Both the position numbers and the translations under genes were made by a program. From positions 1 to 15,738 of the forward strand of contig JANMKN010000009.1 of assembly GCA_031372065.1 (NCBI GenBank): a DNA stretch of 15,738 nucleotides, in the 5' to 3' direction. The notes below the pieces were generated by a model. That model made no database searches, was not told where the DNA came from, and saw only the letters and a program-made list of their open reading frames with translations. Numbering within the stretch: the first letter of the stretch is position 1; the number at the start of each line of letters is the position of its first letter. This stretch comes from Abditibacteriaceae bacterium (GTDB lineage Bacteria > Armatimonadota > Abditibacteriia > Abditibacteriales > Abditibacteriaceae). Below are positions 6,511-15,547 of this stretch, in pieces.

Positions 6511-7245
6511 ATGTTTCCTTTGCGCGAAGTGCATCGCCCGAAAAAGACGCCGTGGGTGACGCGCGTTTTGATTTTCGCCAACGTCGCGGCTTTTGTATGG
6601 CAAATGGCGCAGTGGAACATTTTTCACATGGCGCCCGAAGCGCGTTGGGGCGTGGTGCCGCATTGCTACCTTGCGCCGGGCAGTTGCGGCGTGCTTTTGC
6701 CCGAAGATGCTGGTCGTTTGGGCTGGCCGCTGCTTACTTCGCTGTTTTTGCACGGCGACTTGCTACATTTGGCGTTTAATATGTTGTTTTTGGGCGTCTT
6801 TGGGCCGGGTTTGGAAGATCGCTTCGCGCAAATGAGCCTCGGCAAAGTGCGCTTTGCGCTGCTGTATTTTGCCTGCGGCATCGGCGCCAGTCTGCTGCAT
6901 ATCGCCACGCATGCGCTGTCGAGCGCGCCGGTTATCGGCGCCAGTGGCGCAATTGCGGGATTGCTCGGCGCGTATTTTATTTTGCTGCCGCGTTCGTGGA
7001 TTCTCACTTATGTGCCGCCGATTTGGTTTTTTCCCGTTCCCGCGCCGCTGTTTTTGGTGTTGTGGTTCGCCGCGCAAATTTCCGGCGCGTGGGCTGCGGT
7101 GAGTTCCTATTTGCCATTCGGCACGCCCGATAGCGACGCCGCGCAAATCGCGTGGATTGCCCATTTAGGAGGCTTTCTTTGCGGCGCGCTGGCGGGATGG
7201 TCGGTGCAGCCGTGGCGCTGGAAACGCCGCGCGGCGCCGCGCTAA
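6511..7245 (+). CDS. Rhomboid family intramembrane serine protease
   Basis: Starts MFPLRE...TPWVT, a typical rhomboid N-terminus. Motifs SLFLHG..HLAFNM, catalytic GASG and AHLGG. The track start at 6412 is repeat-derived. Confidence 0.93.
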   Translation: MFPLREVHRPKKTPWVTRVLIFANVAAFVWQMAQWNIFHMAPEARWGVVPHCYLAPGSCGVLLPEDAGRLGWPLLTSLFLHGDLLHLAFNMLFLGVFGPGLEDRFAQMSLGKVRFALLYFACGIGASLLHIATHALSSAPVIGASGAIAGLLGAYFILLPRSWILTYVPPIWFFPVPAPLFLVLWFAAQISGAWAAVSSYLPFGTPDSDAAQIAWIAHLGGFLCGALAGWSVQPWRWKRRAAPR

Positions 7246-7330
7246 AGTCGTTAGAGGGCCTCAGAAAACCTTAAACCCGGCATCTGTTGTAAAATGTGCG
7301 GTGTTTACTGCCTGCTGTCAATTCCAACTC

Positions 7331-8893
7331 ATGCGTCCCTTTTCTCGCGTTTCTCTTTTTGGCTGTAGCCTGATTTTGCTTTCCGCTACGATGGCTTCTT
7401 CACGCGCTGCCGCGCCAGACATGGCCTCATTTAAACCGGCGCCGCTTTTTGACAAGACGAACCTAAAAGTTAAGCCTTTGCCGAATGGATTGCGTGGCAT
7501 TGTGCGCACTGCGACAGGTAGCGGAGTGGTTTGCGTGCAGGTGTGGGTGAAGGCCGGAGCGCGTTACGAAAGTGAGAACAACAGTGGCGTTTCACGCTTG
7601 CTGGCCGAAGCCGGTTTGAACGGCTCAAAAAATTACCCGCGTCGCGCCGAGGCTGGAGGCACCTTGCGGGGCGGTGTTCGCGAATCGCTGGAAACTATCG
7701 GCGGCGATGTAAAAACATTCACCTCGCGCGATGCTACTTTTTTAAGCGTCACGATTGCTGCGCAGTATTTGCCGCAGGCGTTGCGCGCTCTCTCGGATGC
7801 TGTGTTACGTCCCGATCTTTCCAACGAATCAGTTGCCGAAGCGCGGCAAGACGTGGCCGGTGAGCAAAGTCGTCGGGAAAATGATGCGCTGGATTCTTCG
7901 TTAGACATTGCCTATCGTCTGGCCTTTGAAAAGCATCCCTATCGCAAACCGGCGGGCGGCACGGCGCATAGCATCGAAACTGTCACGGCGGCACTGGCCC
8001 GCTCGTTCCATCAAACGCATTTTATCGGGCCGAATATTAGCGTCGTAGTGGTGGGCGATGCCCAAGTTGATGTCGCGAATAAACTGATTACTGAATTTTT
8101 CGCTGATGCCTTGACGGCTGTGCCCGACAAAACGAATATCTCTCCTGAAAGTGCGCCGCCGCCATTCAAAAGTTTGGCCCGGCGCTTTGCCTCGCGGAAC
8201 AAAGTGGTAACGCTCGGTTTTCGCTCTCCCGGCATCGCCAATCCCACCGAAGTGGTCGCTACGGATATTTTGCTTTCGCATTGGAAGGAAGGCGAAGCCG
8301 CGCAATTGCGCTCGGTGTTATTGGGGGCTTCGCGTGATGAAGACCTCGATGAAAAGCCCAACGAAAAAGATAACGGTGCCACCAAAGTTGAGGCGCCCGC
8401 TTTGGGGTTTGACGTGGATTATCTGACGCAGCGCGATCCCGGTTTGCTAACGGTCACGCTGGTTGTGAATCCAGAGGCGCGTTCGGGCGATGCCATTGGC
8501 TTGGTAATGGACGAAATTGAAAAAGTGCAGCGCGAAGGTCTGAGCGGAGAAGCATTAGCGCGGGCCAAGCAATCGCTGACGCGGCAATATATCGAGCAAA
8601 GCGACACAGTCTCCGGTCAGGCCGGAGCCTTGGGCTTTTATGACATGATCGGCGATTATAATTTCGCCGTCGAATATCTTGATCGCATCGGGCACATTAC
8701 AAGCGATGATGTCAAGCGCGTGGCGCAAAAATATCTGTCGCGCACAGCCTATGTGCAAGTTGTCGCCGAGCCATTGCCTGCCGCGCGCCCGAAAATTCCC
8801 GGCACGCCACTCGAAGGCGGCAGTGGTTCGATTACCGCTTCGATTCCTGTGCCGCTGAAAGTGCCGCTACGCGCTCCGTGGCTCAAACCGTAA
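7331..8893 (+). CDS. M16 (insulinase/pitrilysin) family protein, exported, lacking the HxxEH zinc motif
   Basis: LPNGL, VWVKAGARYE, HPYRKP..GT, VVVVGD and ITSDDVKRVAQKYL are M16 hallmarks. The HxxEH position reads RLLAE (7595-7609). Signal peptide-like N-terminus from ATG 7331; GTG 7301 is an alternative start. Confidence 0.85.
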   Translation: MRPFSRVSLFGCSLILLSATMASSRAAAPDMASFKPAPLFDKTNLKVKPLPNGLRGIVRTATGSGVVCVQVWVKAGARYESENNSGVSRLLAEAGLNGSKNYPRRAEAGGTLRGGVRESLETIGGDVKTFTSRDATFLSVTIAAQYLPQALRALSDAVLRPDLSNESVAEARQDVAGEQSRRENDALDSSLDIAYRLAFEKHPYRKPAGGTAHSIETVTAALARSFHQTHFIGPNISVVVVGDAQVDVANKLITEFFADALTAVPDKTNISPESAPPPFKSLARRFASRNKVVTLGFRSPGIANPTEVVATDILLSHWKEGEAAQLRSVLLGASRDEDLDEKPNEKDNGATKVEAPALGFDVDYLTQRDPGLLTVTLVVNPEARSGDAIGLVMDEIEKVQREGLSGEALARAKQSLTRQYIEQSDTVSGQAGALGFYDMIGDYNFAVEYLDRIGHITSDDVKRVAQKYLSRTAYVQVVAEPLPAARPKIPGTPLEGGSGSITASIPVPLKVPLRAPWLKP

Positions 8894-8924
8894 AATCACT
8901 GATCTGCTTGCCCAAAGTTTTTCC

Positions 8925-10454
8925 ATGAATTCACACAGGATATTTTTGTCGCCCTGCGCTCATCAAAAGCAGCCTGTCGCAAAGTTGTGCGCTGTTGGCC
9001 TTGGTTTAGGCTATTTTATGTCGTTGGGCATGGCCGCGCCTGCTGCGAACAAGCCAACTTTGCCTCCCAAAGTTCAATTGCCAGCGGTAAAGCCAACGCC
9101 AAAGCCCGCTTTGCCTTATGTGGCCGCTTTGCCGCGCCCTGTCTTGGAAGCACCGATGGTGAAATTGTCCAACGGCGCCGTGTTAATATTGCGCACTGAC
9201 AGGCTGGCGCCGCGCGTGGCAATTTCACTGGTTTTCAAAGCTGGTGCGTCCGACGAAGACACCAAAAATGCCGGTTGGCGCCGCCTTTTAGCGGACGCCA
9301 TGCTGCGTGGTTCGCTGGGTTCCGACGGCAAAGCCCACGAAAGCCGCGATGTGCGCCGCGCTGCCGAAGCGTTGGGCGGCACGGTGGGTGCCACTGTGGG
9401 CGACGATCAGATTGAATTTTGGGCCGTGGGAAATAGCGCCACACAAGATAAATTGCTTGATTTGGTATTGCAAATGGCGCTGCATCCGCGCCTTAGTGAT
9501 GCCGATATAGAAACCACGCGTGAGCGTTTGCTGGCGCGATTGGATGTGGAAACCAACGATGTGCCGACGCAAGCCGTCAATGCCTTGCGCAACCAACTTT
9601 ATCGTAATCCCGAAGGGGAGCCTGTAGCATATGGACTGCCAAGTAACGGGTTGGAATCTTCGATCAAATCTCTGGCACCCGCGCAATTACGACGCTTGCA
9701 CGCGGCATTTTTTCGATCCGATAAATTAGTGGCCGCGATTACGGGTGATGTCTATGGGCCAGTGGTGAAAGCGCGGCTGGAAGACATTGAAAAAGGTGTT
9801 GAGGTGAATTCCGATGATTTGCCTTTGGGATTGCCGCCGCAAATAGCGCCGCCTTCTAATGAGCGCCCGCCGCTGGTGGTCAAACAATATCCGTCTAATG
9901 CTCAGGTTCCCATCGCGTGGCTTTTCGCGGGCTATCCTTTGCCCGCTATCAGCAGTGACGAGGCGCCTGCCTTGCGCGTGTTATGCGTGATTTTAGGCGA
10001 AATGCCGCGCTCGCGTTTGGAGCGCCGTTTGATGGGCGTGCCTTTAATTCCTGAAGATAACGAAGTGATGGTTTTTCAAGCTGCCACTCAATGGACAGCG
10101 CGTCGGTGGGCCGGTGAATTGGTCGTTTTTGCGCAAACGCGCTCTGGCGACATTGAAGGCGCCAAAAACGCGCTGTTAGATGAAGTTGCCAAAATGCGCG
10201 ATGGCGCGCCGACACAGCCTGAATTGGAACGTGCCAAAAACTATTTGAGCGGCGCGTGGGCCACCGAACGCGAAGGTCTGCGTGAACGTGCTTTTCAAAC
10301 CGCGCTGGCGCCCGCCCTCAGCGGCGCTGACCCGAAATTTTCCGATGTCGAATGGACCGCGCGCATTGCCAAAGTTGACGCCGAAGATGTGCGCCGCGTC
10401 GCGGGAAAATACCTGAAAAACTACGCGATGACTTTAATCATGCCCGAAGATTGA
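8925..10454 (+). CDS. M16 family protein, second subunit, lacking HxxEH
   Basis: LSNGA, FKAGASDE, AITGD, SRLERRL, ELERAK and VDAEDVRRVAGKYL are present. The HxxEH position reads RLLAD (9282-9296). Hydrophobic N-terminal segment followed by a Pro-rich linker. Exact start uncertain. Confidence 0.85.
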   Translation: MNSHRIFLSPCAHQKQPVAKLCAVGLGLGYFMSLGMAAPAANKPTLPPKVQLPAVKPTPKPALPYVAALPRPVLEAPMVKLSNGAVLILRTDRLAPRVAISLVFKAGASDEDTKNAGWRRLLADAMLRGSLGSDGKAHESRDVRRAAEALGGTVGATVGDDQIEFWAVGNSATQDKLLDLVLQMALHPRLSDADIETTRERLLARLDVETNDVPTQAVNALRNQLYRNPEGEPVAYGLPSNGLESSIKSLAPAQLRRLHAAFFRSDKLVAAITGDVYGPVVKARLEDIEKGVEVNSDDLPLGLPPQIAPPSNERPPLVVKQYPSNAQVPIAWLFAGYPLPAISSDEAPALRVLCVILGEMPRSRLERRLMGVPLIPEDNEVMVFQAATQWTARRWAGELVVFAQTRSGDIEGAKNALLDEVAKMRDGAPTQPELERAKNYLSGAWATEREGLRERAFQTALAPALSGADPKFSDVEWTARIAKVDAEDVRRVAGKYLKNYAMTLIMPED

Positions 10455-10486
10455 GCGCGTGATTTGGGGAAATATTTCCGTGTTTC

Positions 10487-11446
10487 ATGTCAACCGAACT
10501 GCACGACAGCACTTCTTTGCCGCGTCCCGCTTCTGCGCCTCCTGACAGCGCAGAAAAGGGCCATGAAACGCATATTCTCGCCGGTGCGCACGCGCAGATT
10601 GCCATCAACGATGCCGATGACCGCGACAGTATTCTCGGTAGTCTGCGCGAATTGTGGCAGCACCGTTTGCTGATTCGTGAATTGGCGCAGCGCGATTTGA
10701 AATTGCGCTACAAAAATTCCGTTGCGGGCATCGCGTGGAGTTTGCTCAATCCAATTCTGCTGATCTTTGTCATCACCATGATGCTCAAGTTCAGCAAACT
10801 GCAAACGATTGACAATTATTCGGCTTATCTTTTTGGCATTATTTTTTTGTGGAATGCTTTTCAGAATGCGCTGCTTGACGGCTGCATTTCGATTTTGGCG
10901 AATGCCGGTTTGGTGCGCAAAGTTTTCTTTCCGCGCGCTATTTTGCCGATTATTTCGCTGCTTTCCAATGGCTTTCATTTTGGCATTGCCTTTGGCTTCA
11001 CACTGGCTTATTTTTTCGCCTTGCGCACTTATCCCGAACAATTGAATTGGCGTTTTTTGATGGTCTTTCCTGCCGTGTTTTTTACTGGTGTTTTGGCGCT
11101 TGGTTTGTCATTTATTCTGGCTTATCTTAATGTGTTTTATGAAGATGTGCGCTTTATTGTGCAGGCCCTTTTGCAACTGGCGTTTTACACGATGCCGGTG
11201 TTTTTCAGCATCGAACAAGTCGCCGCGCAGCCGAAACTTTATGCCCTTTACATGATGAACCCGCTGGCGGCCCTGTTAGTCACCTATCAACGCGCCCTGC
11301 TGCGCCCGCCGGTCACTCCCAACGTTCAGCCAGTAGATATTCCGTGGGCTTATTTTGGCTTGGCCTGCGTTTCCAGCACCGTGATTTTGCTCGTTGGTTT
11401 TCGCTTGTTCGAGCATTACAAATGGGAAATCGTTGAGCGGGTTTAG
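10487..11446 (+). CDS. wzm: ABC-2 polysaccharide export permease (Wzm/RfbA/TagG family)
   Basis: RDLKLRYKNSVAGIAWSLLNP, LVRKVFFPR, NVFYEDV, FYTMPVFF and MNPL motifs, with multiple TM segments. Confidence 0.9.
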   Translation: MSTELHDSTSLPRPASAPPDSAEKGHETHILAGAHAQIAINDADDRDSILGSLRELWQHRLLIRELAQRDLKLRYKNSVAGIAWSLLNPILLIFVITMMLKFSKLQTIDNYSAYLFGIIFLWNAFQNALLDGCISILANAGLVRKVFFPRAILPIISLLSNGFHFGIAFGFTLAYFFALRTYPEQLNWRFLMVFPAVFFTGVLALGLSFILAYLNVFYEDVRFIVQALLQLAFYTMPVFFSIEQVAAQPKLYALYMMNPLAALLVTYQRALLRPPVTPNVQPVDIPWAYFGLACVSSTVILLVGFRLFEHYKWEIVERV

Positions 11447-11458
11447 AACACAAATTTC

Positions 11459-12613
11459 ATGGTAAATTCTCGCCGCCGTTGGAGCAAAAGCGAAAAACTG
11501 CTCATCCTGTCGCCTTTGCTGATTGTCGCCGCGTGGTTGATAGCCGCACAGTCCCCTTGGATGATCGAAAGAATGTTGGGGCGGCCTCGTGTTATAAAGC
11601 TGCCAGCAGGAACTGTTTTGCGTGGCATCGCGTTGTCCAGCGATGGTGCCCTTGTAGCGGCTGGTGGAACTCGCCAAGCCTCAAAAGGTATTTTGAAGGG
11701 AGCAGGCGATACTTATTTAGCGGATGTGCTTGCTGCGCAGAGAACACGCACCATTGTCGCGCCTCAGTGGCGAGAAAAAAATAGGGGTTGGGTGGGCTGG
11801 GACACCTTTGGATTAGCCCTTTCCCCTAATGGGAGATTCTTAACACGCTGTAGCATCGGGAGTAACAATTATATTTTTGATACAAAAACAGGAAAGCAAA
11901 TCACCGTTTTGCCATTTGCGGCTCAACGTGCGATTTTTTCTTCTGATGGAAAATACTTGGCTTTGGCTACGGGTAGTGAGGTGCATATTTGGGATGTGTC
12001 CAAATCAAAAAACATTCGCACTTTTCGTGGAACACATTATAATGATGTGGAATTTTCTTCCGATGGAAAATTGTTGGCTTGTATTAAATCCATTGAGTTG
12101 ACCACTTCGCGCAGCACTTATAAAAATTATAATGGCCCCGTTCAAATCTGGGAGATTGCTACGGGCAAACTTTATCAGGAATTACCCGGCGAATCTACGA
12201 TTGCCCTATCATTTTCTCAAGATGGCTCGCGGTTGGTCAGTGTTGAGCAACAGGGTAACAGCTTGATTCCGGGTTTCTATGGCCGGGTTAGAATGTGCGA
12301 TGTGAAAACTGGGCGTGTGCTGTGGACAATTGAAGGAAAGCCGCAAAAAGACGGAAGTCAAGATGAAACTGTTGTTTCAAATGATGTTGCTTTTTCGCCG
12401 GACGGTAATAAGATTGTGCAGCATAACATAAGGGCTGATCTTACATGGCGCGATGCCGCAACGGGTGAACTTTTGAAACAAATGAAGCCACCTGGCACGC
12501 ATTTCGATTCCTGTTCCACGCCTCCCTCAATGGTATTTTCGGCAGATGGAAAAACTTTAGTCAGTCGTGCTGGTGATGAAGTGCATATTTGGGACATCAA
12601 ACCGAACCAATGA
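11459..12613 (+). CDS. Membrane-anchored WD40-repeat beta-propeller protein
   Basis: Basic N-terminus plus one TM helix, then repeated (A/F)S(P/S)DG and IWD/IWE motifs. More A/T-rich than its neighbours. Its stop overlaps the next start (ATGA 12610-12613). Confidence 0.85.
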   Translation: MVNSRRRWSKSEKLLILSPLLIVAAWLIAAQSPWMIERMLGRPRVIKLPAGTVLRGIALSSDGALVAAGGTRQASKGILKGAGDTYLADVLAAQRTRTIVAPQWREKNRGWVGWDTFGLALSPNGRFLTRCSIGSNNYIFDTKTGKQITVLPFAAQRAIFSSDGKYLALATGSEVHIWDVSKSKNIRTFRGTHYNDVEFSSDGKLLACIKSIELTTSRSTYKNYNGPVQIWEIATGKLYQELPGESTIALSFSQDGSRLVSVEQQGNSLIPGFYGRVRMCDVKTGRVLWTIEGKPQKDGSQDETVVSNDVAFSPDGNKIVQHNIRADLTWRDAATGELLKQMKPPGTHFDSCSTPPSMVFSADGKTLVSRAGDEVHIWDIKPNQ

Positions 12614-13335
12614 ACAACGCCATCGAAGTCACGAATGTAACCAAATCTTTTCAGCGTTTGCACCGCGAGACGAGTGTGAAATCGGCGGTGTTGAAATGGG
12701 TGCGTTTGCAATTTCCGCGACGCGAAACGTTTACGGCATTGCGCGATGTTTCGTTTCAGGTGCCGCAGGGGCAAACTGTAGGTGTCGTAGGGCGCAACGG
12801 GTCGGGTAAAAGCACGCTTTTGACGTTGATCGCGCGCATTTATCGGCCCACGCAAGGACGCATTGTGGTGCGCGGACGCGTGGCGGCTTTGTTGGAACTC
12901 GGCGCGGGATTCAACGACGAATTTACCGGGCGCGAAAATGTTTTTCTGAATGGCGTGATTTTGGGCCTAACCCACGAAGAACTCGAAACGCGCCTTGAGG
13001 GCATTGTTGCCTTTGCCGACATCGGCGATTACATTGATACGCCGGTTAAGCATTATTCGTCGGGCATGAAAGCGCGTTTGGGTTTTTCCATCGCGGTGCA
13101 TTCGTCGCCCGATGTGCTTTTGGTAGATGAAGTCTTGGCCGTTGGCGACGCGGAGTTTCAGGAAAAATGTTTTGCCAAAATTGAAGAATTCAAAGCGCAG
13201 GGTGTGACAATTTTTTTCGTGTCGCACGATATTCACGCCATGCGCCGCGTAGCTGATCGCGTGTTGTGGATTGAAGACCACATCGTGCGCGCCGACGGCC
13301 CGGCTGCCCGCGTGCTGGAAGAATACGCAAAGTGA
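12610..13335 (+). CDS. wzt: ABC polysaccharide export ATP-binding protein (Wzt/RfbB/TagH family)
   Basis: 241 aa from MNNAIEV. Walker A GRNGSGKS, LELGAGF, signature YSSGM, Walker B LLVDE, VGDAEFQEKC and VSHD. No C-terminal extension. Confidence 0.92.
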   Translation: MNNAIEVTNVTKSFQRLHRETSVKSAVLKWVRLQFPRRETFTALRDVSFQVPQGQTVGVVGRNGSGKSTLLTLIARIYRPTQGRIVVRGRVAALLELGAGFNDEFTGRENVFLNGVILGLTHEELETRLEGIVAFADIGDYIDTPVKHYSSGMKARLGFSIAVHSSPDVLLVDEVLAVGDAEFQEKCFAKIEEFKAQGVTIFFVSHDIHAMRRVADRVLWIEDHIVRADGPAARVLEEYAK

Positions 13336-13462
13336 CGAGTAATGAGTGGAAAGTGATGAGTAAAAAGTAGCAGTCAGTCACTCATCACTCATCACTCATC
13401 ACTCATCACTCATCACTCATCACTCATCACTCATCACTCATCACTCATCACTCATCACTCAT
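13332..13462. repeat. Inverted heptamer array containing a perfect (CACTCAT)12 microsatellite
   Basis: Degenerate GTGATGA-type units (GTGACGA GTAATGA GTGGAAA GTGATGA GTAAAAA) start at the wzt stop. They are followed by 12 exact CACTCAT copies (13379-13462), the last supplying the AT of the start codon. Confidence 0.95.
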
Positions 13463-14429
13463 GACTGACATTTCCATTGGCATTGTTTCGTATAACACGC
13501 GCGATTTGTTGCGCGATTGTTTGCAAACGCTGCGTGAACGCGCCGTCGAAGGTGAGGCAACCATCGAAGTCATCGTGGCCGATAACGGTTCGAGCGATGG
13601 CAGCGTGGAAATGGTAGAGCGCGAATTTCCAGAATTTCAGGCGTTTTATACGGGCGGTAATATCGGTTACGGGCGCGCCAACAACGCGGCATTTGAGCGT
13701 GCCACGGGCCGCTATTTTTTCGTTTTAAATTCAGACACAGAAGTGGAGCCGGGCGCTTTGCGCGAAATGGTTCAATTCATGGACGCGAATCCGCAAGTGG
13801 GCGGCGCAGGCGCGAAATTAATCTTGCCCGATGGTTCGACGCAACCCTCGGTTGGCACCGATCCAACATTGCGCGCCATTTTTTTTGAGCAAACCTATCT
13901 GGATAAATTGCTGCCGCACAGCAAATTAACCGGTGGTTATTTGCTGACGTGGTGGGATTACAAAGAGCGCCGCGAAGTAGAGCAAGTGTGTGGCGCGTGT
14001 TTGTTTGTGCGGCGCGAAGCGTGGCATCAAATCGGCGGCTTCGATCCGGCGTTTTTTATGTATTTTGAAGACACCGATTTTTGCCTGCGACTGCGCCGCG
14101 CCGGTTGGCAAATTTGGTATTTGCCCGAAGCGCGCATTCAGCATCGTTTGGGCGGCAGCAGTGGCAGCGATTATCGCGTGCGGGCGCTGATGGTGTCGTC
14201 GTATAATCACAGCCGCTATTATTTTTGGACGCGCGAACGCGGCCTTTTGGCGGGGCGTTTATCCAAAGCCTTTACTTTGCTGGGCGCGGGTTTGCGTTTG
14301 TTGGCGTGGACAATAAAATGTTTAATTCATCCGCGTGACCGCGAAGCGCGAATGCAGCAAAAATTGTTTCGTCGCGTCTGGCGCCTCACCTACGCCATGC
14401 AGCCGAATAGGGAAGAAAACGGGCTATGA
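13461..14429 (+). CDS. Glycosyltransferase family 2 (WbbL/rhamnosyltransferase-like)
   Basis: SIGIVSYN, VADNGSSDGS, NIGYGRANN, LNSD, GACLFVRR and GGFDPAFFMYFEDTDFC motifs. Confidence 0.92.
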   Translation: MTDISIGIVSYNTRDLLRDCLQTLRERAVEGEATIEVIVADNGSSDGSVEMVEREFPEFQAFYTGGNIGYGRANNAAFERATGRYFFVLNSDTEVEPGALREMVQFMDANPQVGGAGAKLILPDGSTQPSVGTDPTLRAIFFEQTYLDKLLPHSKLTGGYLLTWWDYKERREVEQVCGACLFVRREAWHQIGGFDPAFFMYFEDTDFCLRLRRAGWQIWYLPEARIQHRLGGSSGSDYRVRALMVSSYNHSRYYFWTRERGLLAGRLSKAFTLLGAGLRLLAWTIKCLIHPRDREARMQQKLFRRVWRLTYAMQPNREENGL

Positions 14430-15547
14430 AGATCGCCTTTGATGCGCGTTGGCTTTTTCAGGGTGGGCATGGTGATGTCACTTATTTGCGCAACTTGATA
14501 CGCGCTTTGGCTCGCACCGCGCCAAACGACGAATTCTGCCTTTATTACCGCGAATTTGACGCCCTGCGCGAATCGCTCACTGCCCAGCATTCCAACATTC
14601 ACACGCGCGAATTAAGGTTCCCGGTTGGCGCTTTATGGAATCAATGCGCGCTGGTGCCCGCTTTGCGCCGCGACGATATGAGCGTGCTGCACGGCAATTA
14701 TATGCTGCCGCTTTGGGCGTCTTGCCCGATGGTCGTTACCATTCATGATGCGACATTTCGCTTGTTTCCCGACTGGATTCCTCGCCGCGCCGCGCGTATT
14801 ATGAATGTGCTGATTCCACTTTCGGCGCAAAAAGCGACGCGCATACTGACGGTTTCAGAGTGTTCCAAAAGCGATATTGTGCGCTGTTTTGGCGTGCCTC
14901 CAGAGAAAGTGACCGTTATTTATAATGGCGTTTCGCCACAATTTAGCGCACACGATCCGATGGAATCGCATAGGCGTGTGCGCGAAGCGTATCCTGAATT
15001 GTCAGGCCCCTTTGTCGCCGCCATTGGCTTGCGTGGCGCGCGAAAAAATATCGGCGTTGTGTTGCGCGCCATTTTGCAATTGAAGGAGCGCGGCGCGTGG
15101 CCGGATAATATGAAACTCGCTGTCGCAGGCACACGCGCGCAGTTTCCCGACGCGGAATTTGAAAAATTACAAGACATAGCCGTGTTTCTTGGTTTCGTCG
15201 AAGAATCGCTGTTGCCCGACATTTTCGCGGCAGCGCAGTGCAGCGTTTATCCGAGTTTGTATGAAGGTTTTGGCCTGCCGGTTCTCGAAGCAATGGCGTG
15301 CGGCTGTCCGGTCATTTGCAGCAATACTTCGTCGCTGCCCGAAGTCGCGGGCGGCGCAGGCGCGATGCTTTCGCCAACGGACGAAGAAGGTTGGGCCAAT
15401 GTGCTGGAAAGTGTGCTGCACGACGAAAATCATCGTGCTGTTTTGCGGGATCGCGGCCTCAAACGCGCCGGGGAATTTTCGTGGGAAAAATGCGCGCGCC
15501 AAACGCTGCAAGTGTATGCCGAAGTGACGGGAGCAACGCGTGGCTGA
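14426..15547 (+). CDS. Glycosyltransferase family 4 (GT-B, mannosyltransferase-like)
   Basis: MKIAFDAR, VVTIHD, LTVSECSK, RKN and YPSLYEGFGLPVLEAMACG (EX7E). ATGA overlap with the upstream gene. Confidence 0.93.
   Translation: MKIAFDARWLFQGGHGDVTYLRNLIRALARTAPNDEFCLYYREFDALRESLTAQHSNIHTRELRFPVGALWNQCALVPALRRDDMSVLHGNYMLPLWASCPMVVTIHDATFRLFPDWIPRRAARIMNVLIPLSAQKATRILTVSECSKSDIVRCFGVPPEKVTVIYNGVSPQFSAHDPMESHRRVREAYPELSGPFVAAIGLRGARKNIGVVLRAILQLKERGAWPDNMKLAVAGTRAQFPDAEFEKLQDIAVFLGFVEESLLPDIFAAAQCSVYPSLYEGFGLPVLEAMACGCPVICSNTSSLPEVAGGAGAMLSPTDEEGWANVLESVLHDENHRAVLRDRGLKRAGEFSWEKCARQTLQVYAEVTGATRG

Noticed and set aside
13190..13381. Minus-strand 63-aa ORF and tiny ORFs within the heptamer arm
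   Set aside because: They are by-products of the repeat sequence and antisense to wzt, with no RBS.
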